A DNA stretch of 64,000 bases from a virus. Under the pieces are notes generated by a model, which was not told the DNA's origin, made no database searches, and was given only the letters and a program-made list of their open reading frames with translations. Position 1 is the first letter of the stretch, and each line of letters starts with the position of its first letter. Below, in pieces: positions 21,382 to 29,997 of the stretch. Location of the stretch: IMG/VR virus record IMGVR_UViG_3300031726_000433, positions 34,722-98,721 of that record, one strand, 5' to 3'. Position numbers and translations under genes: made by a program.

Positions 21382-23274
21382 ATGAGTGTCTTTAGAAAAT
21401 TCGACAGAAATGACATTCTTTTCTCTACTGTTCACACTAGACCTAAGGTGTCTGTTGGATTAAGAAGAAACCAAGATGGTGTAACTTGGGATTGGTTTGG
21501 TTCAACTGGTGCTTCTGGATCATTAAGTTTATACGGTGGAATTAGATCAAGATACAATGTAAAATCAAGTGACTTTAGTTCATCTGGTATAGCGATATAT
21601 CCACTTGATCCACTTGATACTCATAGTATAGATAAAGTTGTTTTTGTCTCTGGATCTTATCCGTCGACAGGTTCGATACGTCTCGTCACATGCGATAATA
21701 CTCCATACTCATCTTTTCTAGATGTCACGGACACACAGTGGTATGACGAGCATTTTAGTCCAATAGAATTGTTATTCGATCATTACTCAAAGTTTGATTC
21801 AAATTATTTTCTTGGTTCTCACGATTTTTATGTTCTTCACTCAAATCTCTGGTATCCATCTTCCGGATGGGGACAAAGCGTCGTGTTTTCAGGAGCGCTA
21901 TCTTCTCACCCAATAACATCAACCTCTTCATTTACTGCCGAAGCATGGATAAAACCAACGTCGCAGGTTATGACAAATCAATTCATAATTGGACAATCTG
22001 GATTGTGGAGAGTAGCATTAACGAGTTCAAACGGATCATCTGCAGATTTAGTTTTAAGTATCACAAGTGGATCAACTGTTGCAACAACTGGATCGAATAA
22101 TTTTGATGTTCAACCTGGAGTGTGGTCACATGTTGCTGTGGCTGTAAGTGGTGGTGTATCTGCGAGTTTTTATGTCAATGGACAATTGAAGTCTAATCTT
22201 CAAGTTCCTCTTACGATTCAAAGTGGTTCTTCTACAAAACCGTTGCTGTTGGTATCAGATGTATCATCTTCTGCTCCTGTATTAAGTCCTCTTCCGTCAA
22301 CGGGACTCATAGGCGGGCTGAATGGATATATTTTTGAAACAAGACTGTGGAATTCTGTCAGAACAGCAGCTGAGATCTCATCTAGTTTTTGTTCAACGCT
22401 TATAGCTTCTTCATCTTCTAATCTTTTACATTATGCAAGATTAAATGATGGAGCTTTTTCTTCATTACATGGCTTTAATCATGGCGAAGGTGTTTTTGAT
22501 TATAGCGCAAATGCAAATCACGGATACTTCCTCTTATCTTCTTCAATTGGGATCGGTTTCGAGTGGGAAAGAAATGATCATCCAACATTCAAAACAAGAT
22601 ATCAAATCGTAGATACTGATATAAACAGAGTTAAACTTTTCCACATTCCAAGCATGTTCTATGGAAGACAAATAGAACCAGGATCAGTAAAGATAGTAGA
22701 TAATTCAAGAAATGATTGGCAGCCTGGTTCTGGCATTACATTTTATTCAGGAATTAAAAAGGTATATATTGACGACGGAAAAGGTACGTTGTTCTTATCT
22801 GGATCAGTTTCAAGACAAATATCAAATGAAGACTATACGGGAAATACAAGGTGCAAAGTAGGAAATGTGTTTTATTCTGAGGGTTTGATAGTTTTCACAG
22901 ACAAGACGATAGTACAGACGTTTGTAGATAAGGAATCAACTCGTGCTCAAGTGTTTGATGCAGATGTACTTCCAGCTTTTACTCTAGAATTTAGAGGTAA
23001 TGCAAGAATCCATACCAAGACATTCAATTGCAGACTGTCGACGGCGCAGGCGAATGCATCCAATAATCCAACATTCAGCTACCTTGATGATAATGGCACC
23101 GAAGCCACGGATGATGATCGTATGGTGGTTGAGAGGGTGGATGGGATCACATATATTACAGCTGTCGGTCTATACAATGAGGATAGACAACTTGTAGCTG
23201 TCGCGAAGTTAGCTCAACCAATAAGAAAGAGAGAGAAGGACAAGATAAATATTAGATTGAAGATGGATTTCTAA
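21382..23274 (+). CDS. Putative baseplate/tail-collar protein with LamG domain (paralog of the preceding gene)
   Basis: FTAEAWIKP, WSHVAV, FYVNGQL, FETRLWN (LamG); C-terminal YITAVGLYNEDRQLVAVAKLAQPIRK...LKMDF. Confidence 0.65.
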   Translation: MSVFRKFDRNDILFSTVHTRPKVSVGLRRNQDGVTWDWFGSTGASGSLSLYGGIRSRYNVKSSDFSSSGIAIYPLDPLDTHSIDKVVFVSGSYPSTGSIRLVTCDNTPYSSFLDVTDTQWYDEHFSPIELLFDHYSKFDSNYFLGSHDFYVLHSNLWYPSSGWGQSVVFSGALSSHPITSTSSFTAEAWIKPTSQVMTNQFIIGQSGLWRVALTSSNGSSADLVLSITSGSTVATTGSNNFDVQPGVWSHVAVAVSGGVSASFYVNGQLKSNLQVPLTIQSGSSTKPLLLVSDVSSSAPVLSPLPSTGLIGGLNGYIFETRLWNSVRTAAEISSSFCSTLIASSSSNLLHYARLNDGAFSSLHGFNHGEGVFDYSANANHGYFLLSSSIGIGFEWERNDHPTFKTRYQIVDTDINRVKLFHIPSMFYGRQIEPGSVKIVDNSRNDWQPGSGITFYSGIKKVYIDDGKGTLFLSGSVSRQISNEDYTGNTRCKVGNVFYSEGLIVFTDKTIVQTFVDKESTRAQVFDADVLPAFTLEFRGNARIHTKTFNCRLSTAQANASNNPTFSYLDDNGTEATDDDRMVVERVDGITYITAVGLYNEDRQLVAVAKLAQPIRKREKDKINIRLKMDF

Positions 23275-23283
23275 GGAGATCTA

Positions 23284-23907
23284 ATGTTATTCGGTTGGGA
23301 CATCTCTACGTCAGTTATCGGTTTTACCGTCTTGGATGATTCTGGTAAATGGGTAAAGTCTGACTACTTTGATTTCAAGAAGTTAGATGCCAAGTCTCTG
23401 CACGATAAAATGGATGAATGTACTTGGTGGGTTCATGATCAACTAGAATCTTATTCTTCTGGTTCTCACCATCATTACTTTGAAGACAAGCTTGGAAATT
23501 TTGCATTTGGAAAGACTCAGATGCAAACATTGATGAAGCTTGCAGCATTCAATACTTTATTCTCATACGAAGTTATTAGAATTCACAACGAGATTTGTAC
23601 ATTCGAAGCTGGTGGATTAGGGATGGGATCAACTCATATTCATCCGTCTACTGTTAAGTCAATCATGAAACGAGAAGGTCTGATAATTCCAAAGGGATCT
23701 AAAGAAAAGAAGAAGATAACATTAGACTTTGTGATGAAAAAGCTTCCTGAATTTCCCATTGTGTATAACAGAAATGATAAACCACAGCCATTTTGCTTCG
23801 ATATGGCTGACAGTTTCATCACAGTTAGGGCTGGTTATTTGAGATCCTATTTATTAGGTGACTCCTCAACAAAAACTACAAGCGATTCGGAAGACTCTGA
23901 ATCATGA
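23284..23907 (+). CDS. RuvC-like Holliday junction resolvase
   Basis: RNase H-fold acidic residues: GWDIST..IG, FED, DMADS; HPSTVK motif; AGGAG SD. Confidence 0.75.
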   Translation: MLFGWDISTSVIGFTVLDDSGKWVKSDYFDFKKLDAKSLHDKMDECTWWVHDQLESYSSGSHHHYFEDKLGNFAFGKTQMQTLMKLAAFNTLFSYEVIRIHNEICTFEAGGLGMGSTHIHPSTVKSIMKREGLIIPKGSKEKKKITLDFVMKKLPEFPIVYNRNDKPQPFCFDMADSFITVRAGYLRSYLLGDSSTKTTSDSEDSES

Positions 23908-24778
23908 GCAGATAACGAAGGGTGACGAAGTAGTATTCTTCTGTCCTCGTTGCAATCATCATAAGCCAAAACTCAGTGTAAATCTACTAACTGAGATATT
24001 TCATTGTTGGATATGCGATTGGAAGGGCAAAAACATTGCACCTCTTCTTGAAAAGAACTCAAAAGAGAAACAGGAGTACATCGAAGAGTTAAAAGAAAAG
24101 TCGCTAACTCCAGTTGCAAAGCAGGAGAAGAAGTATGATCCACTTGTACTTCCAATAGAATTTAAAACACTTTCAAAAGAATGGTCAGGACCCTATTATA
24201 AAGCAGCAGTTAGATATCTCTCTGAAAGAGGAATCGAAAGAGAAGATATTCTTAAGTGGAAACTTGGGTATTGTGAAGATGGTGATTACAAATACAGGAT
24301 CATTATTCCGTCGTTCGACGATTATGGACATCTAAACTTCTTTACTGGTAGAGCTTTTTACGATAACAATCCCAAGAAGTATAAGAATGGAAATTTTTGT
24401 AAGGACATCATCTTTAATGACTATCTTATTGATTGGAATAAGCCAATTACAATTACTGAAGGTCCATTCGATGCTTTCAAGATAAGCAAGAACGCCATAG
24501 CACTCCAAGGAAGCACACTTAGTTATAGGTCAAAGTTGTTCTCAAAAATAGTTCTGTCTGGAGTAGATGTTCACTTCGCCATGGATACAGATGCTTTTGA
24601 AAAGCAATTAGACATTATTGACAATTTTCTATCGTACGGTGTAACATGTCATTACGTAAATCTCAATGGCAAGAAAGACGTCGGAGAAATGACGAAGAGT
24701 GAATTTGACACTGTTGCATCAAGATCAATCGAAATAAAATCGGATCTAGATATTCTTAGAATGAGGGCCAGAGTTTGA
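23858..24778 (+). CDS. DNA primase (zinc finger + TOPRIM)
   Basis: CPRCNH...FHCWICD zinc finger; YLSERGI; RIIIP; KYKN; ITEGPFDA; MDTDA; KDVGE. Confidence 0.88.
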   Translation: MTPQQKLQAIRKTLNHEQITKGDEVVFFCPRCNHHKPKLSVNLLTEIFHCWICDWKGKNIAPLLEKNSKEKQEYIEELKEKSLTPVAKQEKKYDPLVLPIEFKTLSKEWSGPYYKAAVRYLSERGIEREDILKWKLGYCEDGDYKYRIIIPSFDDYGHLNFFTGRAFYDNNPKKYKNGNFCKDIIFNDYLIDWNKPITITEGPFDAFKISKNAIALQGSTLSYRSKLFSKIVLSGVDVHFAMDTDAFEKQLDIIDNFLSYGVTCHYVNLNGKKDVGEMTKSEFDTVASRSIEIKSDLDILRMRARV

Positions 24779-27700
24779 AAATAGTACACATAAGCGATAT
24801 CCACATCAGAAATTTGAAGTATCACTCTGAGTACAAGAGAGTTTTTGAAAACTTGTATAAGAAGCTTGATCAAATTAAACCAGACTTGATAATCAACACT
24901 GGAGATACGGCTCATACAAAGACTCAGATTAGTCCCGAATTCGTAGAGATGGCATCGGAGCATATGAGAAGAGCCAGTGAGTATGCTCCTTATCACATGA
25001 TTCTTGGAAATCATGATATGAATATGATGAATGCAGATCGCCAGGATGCGATCACACCAATCATTGACAGCATTAAGAGCGATAAGATTTTCCTGCATAA
25101 GAAGTCAGGATTGTCATTTACTTTCAAGAGTGGTGGAGTAAACTACAATTTCTGGACTTTCTCACTAGCAGATAGAGAACGATATCCAATCCCATCAGAT
25201 TGGGCTAAGCTAAAGGATGATGTTAACATAGGGTTATTCCATGGTTCTGTTACTCACTGTGTAACAGATATGAATTGGAGAATGACTCAGGTAGAACATG
25301 ATCTGACAATATTCGACGGTTTAGACTTCGCTTTCCTTGGTGATATTCACAAACAACAATTCTTTAGAGAAAGAACAATAGCATATCCAGGTTCTTTGAT
25401 TCAGCAAAACTTTGGAGAAGAGCTTGAAAAAGGGTTTCTGTTGTGGGAACTGAATGGGAAATCAAAGTATAACGTTACTTCACATATCCTTGATGGAAGC
25501 AGAAAGTTCCATACAATAAGATTGAATACAGATCTCTCAATTCCAGACTTGAAAATTGAAGAGGGTTCAAGAATAAGAATAAGCCCTCCCGTAACAATAA
25601 CGTTGGCACAGCAGAAGGAAATTGAGAAGAAGGTAAAGCTTCAGTTCAAGCCTTATGATGTAATTACATTGTCTGCTGTTGATATGGGAATGCAGAAGGC
25701 CACATCTGGTAAGGACACAGCATCAATAGAAAATTTGCGTGAGCTTAATGCACAAGAAAAGCTCATACGTGAATATCTTAAGCCAAAGAATCTAAGTGAA
25801 AAGATTCTGCAAAAGGTTCTAGATCTTAATAGGAAGTATCAGATACATGTAGAACAGGATGATGATACAACAAGAAATATCCAGTGGAAAGTTAACAAAC
25901 TATTGTGGTCCAACTTCTTTAACTACGGTGAAAATAATCTAATTGACTTCTCTCAAATTCCAGGGTTGAGTGGTATCTTTGCACCGAACGCATCAGGAAA
26001 GTCTAACTTTATAGACATACTGTTAGAGACGTGTTTCGATGCTACAACTAAGGGTGTGAACAAGAACATTTATCTGATCAACGATAACAAGGATAATGCT
26101 ACAGCAATCGCTGATATCACAGTGAATGATCAGAATTACATGATCGAGAGAACTGTTGAAAGAATAAAGTATGGCACAAGAAAGCTGGAAGAGTCGAAGG
26201 AGTGGGGAAAGACATCTGTAAACTTTTCAATGTTGGACGGCCTTGGTGGAACAGAATCATTAGAAGGAACTCTTAGACCAGAGACTGAAAGAAACATAAG
26301 ACAGCGTCTCGGGACGTTCGATGACTTCATGCTCACTTCACTCTCAGCTCAGTGGAATCCGATGGACGTTATTGGAGTCAAAGAAACTAAGAGAAAGGAA
26401 ATCTTCTACAAGTTCTTTGACCTCGATATTTTTGCTCAGAAGGGATTGTTGGCTAAGGACGAGAGCAAGGAATTCTTTGGTAGATTACATGAACTTGAGG
26501 AAAGTGGTATTGAGGATGCAATTAAACAATATACATTCAAGATAAAGCAGAGAGAGGAAGCAATTGCTGAAATCAATAAGTTGATAACCACTAACACAGA
26601 CGCTCTCGAGATGATAGACGCAAATATTCTTCATTATACATCACTGAAGAAAAATGTAGACATATCTTGGAAGGACCTTGGTGACTGGGCAGGAAGAATC
26701 AAGAAAGCTGATCTTTCGATAGAGTCAAATGAGATTAAGTTAAAAGAGCTTGTAGAGAGACTGGCTGCTGTCGATATGGATCTCGCAAAGGTTCTTAAGT
26801 TAGAGCAGCGCTTTGATCTCGAAAAGTTCGAAGTTGCCGAAAAGAGAATAGAAGAGATTTTCGGGATCATAAGTGAAATCAAGATAAGAGCAAATGAAAA
26901 GACAGGCAATCTTAACTACCACAAGGAGAATGTCAAATTACTTGGTCAGGTACCATGTGGTGATAAATTTCCATCATGTAAGTTCTTGGTTAACGCATTT
27001 GATTCTAAGAATAAGATAACTGAAATAGAACTAGAGTTAGAGGATCTTTCTAAGAGAAACTTGACGCTTTATAATGAGCGTGAAGAATTGTGGCCGTTAA
27101 AGAACAAGCTTGATGCATACAGAGAATTTACAGGCGAGAAAGAATCACTAACATCTCGAAGTGATAATCTTAAACTTCAAATAGAGAATATGAAGTTAAA
27201 GATTGAAAGTCTGCAGTCTGAAAAGGAACAGGCTGTGGCCGACAAGGAGAAGTACGAAAAGGCAGAAGGCGATCTCGAAAACAATAAGATGTACGATCAG
27301 ATGATTAGCAATTGCCAGAATAACAAGATTGGAGTCGTAAAATCTTTGGAAGAACTGCAAAAAGATCTCTCGACTAATGATAGACTACTTGGAGCCGACC
27401 AGGGTATTCTAGAAAAGCTCTCTTCTCAAATATCAGAGCTTGAAGATCTTCGTGATATGTGCACGGCATTTGAAGTCTATGGCCAGGCTATGGGCAAGGA
27501 TGGAATCGCTTACCAGATTCTTGCGCAGAAGATTCCAATGATCAATGAAGAGATTAACAAGATTCTCTCCAACTCTGCAGACTTCAATGTTCACATAGAA
27601 CATGATCCGGAAGAACAATCCATCAGATTCTTTATTCAGTACGGTCAATACAAGAGTAGACTCTTGGAGTTGGGATCCGGAGCAGAGAAATTCTTAGGTT

Positions 27701-27954
27701 CTCTTGCTATCAGAGTTGGACTTCTAAACATGTCCAATCTTCCCAAGACAAACATGTTCATTATAGACGAAGGATTCGGTAAGCTTGATCCTAAGAATCT
27801 AGAGAGCATTCAGAGAATGTTTGACTACTTAAGAACAGTGTTTGAACATATCATCGTTATCAGTCACCTCGATACAATGAAGGACATGGTTGATAACATC
27901 ATAGAGATTACAACTGACGATGAAGGTTATGCTCATCTAAATGTTGGAGGATAA
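24775..27954 (+). CDS. Fused SbcD/Mre11 nuclease - SbcC/Rad50 ATPase (T4 gp47-gp46-like)
   Basis: HISDIH, TGD, LGNHD, FHG, GDIH, YPGS phosphoesterase motifs, then Walker A APNASGKS, long coiled coil, LGSGAEK signature, IIDEGFGKLD Walker B and ISH, all in one ORF. Confidence 0.92.
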   Translation: MKIVHISDIHIRNLKYHSEYKRVFENLYKKLDQIKPDLIINTGDTAHTKTQISPEFVEMASEHMRRASEYAPYHMILGNHDMNMMNADRQDAITPIIDSIKSDKIFLHKKSGLSFTFKSGGVNYNFWTFSLADRERYPIPSDWAKLKDDVNIGLFHGSVTHCVTDMNWRMTQVEHDLTIFDGLDFAFLGDIHKQQFFRERTIAYPGSLIQQNFGEELEKGFLLWELNGKSKYNVTSHILDGSRKFHTIRLNTDLSIPDLKIEEGSRIRISPPVTITLAQQKEIEKKVKLQFKPYDVITLSAVDMGMQKATSGKDTASIENLRELNAQEKLIREYLKPKNLSEKILQKVLDLNRKYQIHVEQDDDTTRNIQWKVNKLLWSNFFNYGENNLIDFSQIPGLSGIFAPNASGKSNFIDILLETCFDATTKGVNKNIYLINDNKDNATAIADITVNDQNYMIERTVERIKYGTRKLEESKEWGKTSVNFSMLDGLGGTESLEGTLRPETERNIRQRLGTFDDFMLTSLSAQWNPMDVIGVKETKRKEIFYKFFDLDIFAQKGLLAKDESKEFFGRLHELEESGIEDAIKQYTFKIKQREEAIAEINKLITTNTDALEMIDANILHYTSLKKNVDISWKDLGDWAGRIKKADLSIESNEIKLKELVERLAAVDMDLAKVLKLEQRFDLEKFEVAEKRIEEIFGIISEIKIRANEKTGNLNYHKENVKLLGQVPCGDKFPSCKFLVNAFDSKNKITEIELELEDLSKRNLTLYNEREELWPLKNKLDAYREFTGEKESLTSRSDNLKLQIENMKLKIESLQSEKEQAVADKEKYEKAEGDLENNKMYDQMISNCQNNKIGVVKSLEELQKDLSTNDRLLGADQGILEKLSSQISELEDLRDMCTAFEVYGQAMGKDGIAYQILAQKIPMINEEINKILSNSADFNVHIEHDPEEQSIRFFIQYGQYKSRLLELGSGAEKFLGSLAIRVGLLNMSNLPKTNMFIIDEGFGKLDPKNLESIQRMFDYLRTVFEHIIVISHLDTMKDMVDNIIEITTDDEGYAHLNVGG

Positions 27955-27957
27955 AAT

Positions 27958-28200
27958 ATGTGGATTAAGAATACTGACGGAAAGAAAGATGCAGTTCTAA
28001 CAATGGCTACGCTTGGATTTGCTGTGGTGCTCATAAAGGTGCTTCTAGGGGGTTCTCACTTCCACATAGGTAACCAGGAGGTTGTCATAGGAGTAATTGA
28101 CGGCAGTGTGATCGGCGCCCTTCTGACCCCAACCTTGGGAGCATATGTGGCCCGCAGGTACACAGACAAGAAGCTTCCTCCGCCAGCGGAACAGAAGTGA
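27958..28200 (+). CDS. Small two-TM membrane protein, putative holin
   Basis: Two hydrophobic segments, basic C-terminus (ARRYTDKK), GGAGG SD, upstream of a spanin-like gene. Confidence 0.45.
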   Translation: MWIKNTDGKKDAVLTMATLGFAVVLIKVLLGGSHFHIGNQEVVIGVIDGSVIGALLTPTLGAYVARRYTDKKLPPPAEQK

Positions 28201-28206
28201 GGATAT

Positions 28207-29016
28207 ATGGAAATTCCAGATAAAGTTGTCAAGATTACTTTACTTGTTTTTGTAGCTTTACTTCTTTCTGCTGTGATAATTGTTGGTGTAGTAAAGAAAG
28301 TCAATGATGATAAGGTAATTGAACTTCAAAACCAGATTGCGTCAAAGGATACTACGATAGAGACGCAGAAAGGTTTGTACGAAAAGTTATCATTGCAATC
28401 TGATGATCTTAAGGATCTACTTGACAAGAGTGACGCTCAAAATAAGACGCTCATCAAGGCTCTAGAAGCAAATAGAGAAGAGCTTTTAACTGCGAATTCA
28501 CTTGTAATTAAGTGGAAGCATGCATATGAAGCTGAAGTTGCTGGTCACCAGACTGAAATTCCTCCCGTTAATCCTGGAGGAGTTGCACGCAAGAAGGTAG
28601 AATTCGATAAAGACTTTGGTTATCTTGTAGTTCACGGATATACTTTAACAGATCCTCCACAAGCATACATCAATGTTTCACAGGGTAGACCTCTAAAGTT
28701 AACGATTGCAGTTTCTCAGGATAAAAACGGAGTGTGGCGATCAAGAACTACATCATCTGAAGAAAACATGCAAGTTGAAATAGCTCTAGCTTCAGTTAAT
28801 CCATTCATGTTAGAATCTCGTTGGTATGAGAATATTGGTGTTGGTGCAGATCTTGCCGGTGGTCAAGCTGGAACTGGATTCGGAATTTTAGCTGGAGTAG
28901 GTGCAAGTTATAAGATTGGCAAGTTCGAAGTTGGACCTCATGTCTGGATAGGTATCTCTGATAGAATTGATAAATATCTTGGCGTTCAATTCATTTGGCA
29001 TCCTTTTGCGAGGTAA
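28207..29016 (+). CDS. Membrane-anchored coiled-coil protein with C-terminal amphipathic beta-strands; putative spanin
   Basis: N-terminal TM helix, heptad coiled coil, and four Gly/aromatic alternating strands ending YLGVQFIWHPF. Confidence 0.5.
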   Translation: MEIPDKVVKITLLVFVALLLSAVIIVGVVKKVNDDKVIELQNQIASKDTTIETQKGLYEKLSLQSDDLKDLLDKSDAQNKTLIKALEANREELLTANSLVIKWKHAYEAEVAGHQTEIPPVNPGGVARKKVEFDKDFGYLVVHGYTLTDPPQAYINVSQGRPLKLTIAVSQDKNGVWRSRTTSSEENMQVEIALASVNPFMLESRWYENIGVGADLAGGQAGTGFGILAGVGASYKIGKFEVGPHVWIGISDRIDKYLGVQFIWHPFAR

Positions 29017-29018
29017 TT

Positions 29019-29327
29019 GTGCAATCAAAACAAAAGTTTGTACTCTATAATCTCCGCGAAACATATCATGAACTAGGGAATTACGAGTTCAAAATAGTTC
29101 TAGATCCAAGATCTTTTAAAAACGGACATCTTTCAGAACTTCTATGTTTAGATTCAGATGGTAAACCCATGAAGTTTGAATATGAAAAATGGGGAAGAAA
29201 GATAAACTGTAAGTTTCTAATAGACAAGAGTGTAGCAGACGGAGTTTCTACTATCAAAATGAACTTAAAAGATGATAGTGGACATCAACATGAGGGTAGA
29301 GCCTCATTCTGGATTATAAAGCCTTGA
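29019..29327 (+). CDS. Hypothetical protein
   Basis: GTG at 29019 after GAGGT SD, in frame with the track ORF 28995. Confidence 0.5.
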   Translation: MQSKQKFVLYNLRETYHELGNYEFKIVLDPRSFKNGHLSELLCLDSDGKPMKFEYEKWGRKINCKFLIDKSVADGVSTIKMNLKDDSGHQHEGRASFWIIKP

Positions 29328-29328
29328 T

Positions 29329-29535
29329 ATGACTAATGAATATAGAGTTCCAACATTCTGCCCTCAATGTGAATTTTTAATGAAAGGTAAGTCAACGTAC
29401 ACTTACATGGATCATGGTGTCTGCGTGAATTGTTTTATTCAATTTGTGGAAGGTAGAGAAGAAAGATGGAAGTCTGGATGGAGGCCATCGCCTGAACAAC
29501 TTGAAGCTTTTAAGAAATCTATTTCAAGTTATTGA
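29329..29535 (+). CDS. Small zinc-finger protein
   Basis: CPQC...CVNC, then EGREERWKSGWRP. Confidence 0.55.
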   Translation: MTNEYRVPTFCPQCEFLMKGKSTYTYMDHGVCVNCFIQFVEGREERWKSGWRPSPEQLEAFKKSISSY

Positions 29536-29564
29536 TATCTACGTCACTTTTCCACAGCTAGCCT

Positions 29565-29575
29565 CTAGTTAGAAG
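29565..29575 (+). promoter_or_regulatory. Putative late promoter (TANTTA motif)
   Basis: CTAGTTAGAAG in the gap before the terminase operon. Confidence 0.55.
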
Positions 29576-29604
29576 TGGGAAACTTTCTTTTCGGAGCACC
29601 CAAA

Positions 29605-29997
29605 ATGGATAAAAAGCCTGAGAGTTTTGAAATGACTGAATACGGTGAAGAGCACCGTCATTTAGATAAGACACTTTCTGTTATAACTGAGATAGTAAGA
29701 GATCAAGTTCATGATTCTCCAGCTGTTAATGTGAGGGTTACATTTACTGGAAACCTCATGAAGTTGACATATCATTGCTATGAAATGCACCTTCCAGTTA
29801 GAATGAGAGATGTTGAAGAGACTGCTAGAAAAGCACTAACAGAAACTGTAAAGAACATCAAGAAGGAATTTAAGTCTCGTACAAAGGAAACACTAGATCT
29901 TTCTGAAAAGAAGGAGATGGAGAATTACTCTGTACAGAAGGTTAGCTTGAATGAACGTTACATGTATGCTTCGTGGCGTTTCTTTGAGATTGGATAA
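29605..29997 (+). CDS. Hypothetical protein directly upstream of terminase
   Basis: ATG 29605 after GGAG; abuts the terminase start; preceded by a TANTTA motif. Confidence 0.55.
   Translation: MDKKPESFEMTEYGEEHRHLDKTLSVITEIVRDQVHDSPAVNVRVTFTGNLMKLTYHCYEMHLPVRMRDVEETARKALTETVKNIKKEFKSRTKETLDLSEKKEMENYSVQKVSLNERYMYASWRFFEIG

Noticed and set aside
29605-29997. Small terminase subunit
   Set aside because: Position fits, but I recognise no motif supporting the call.
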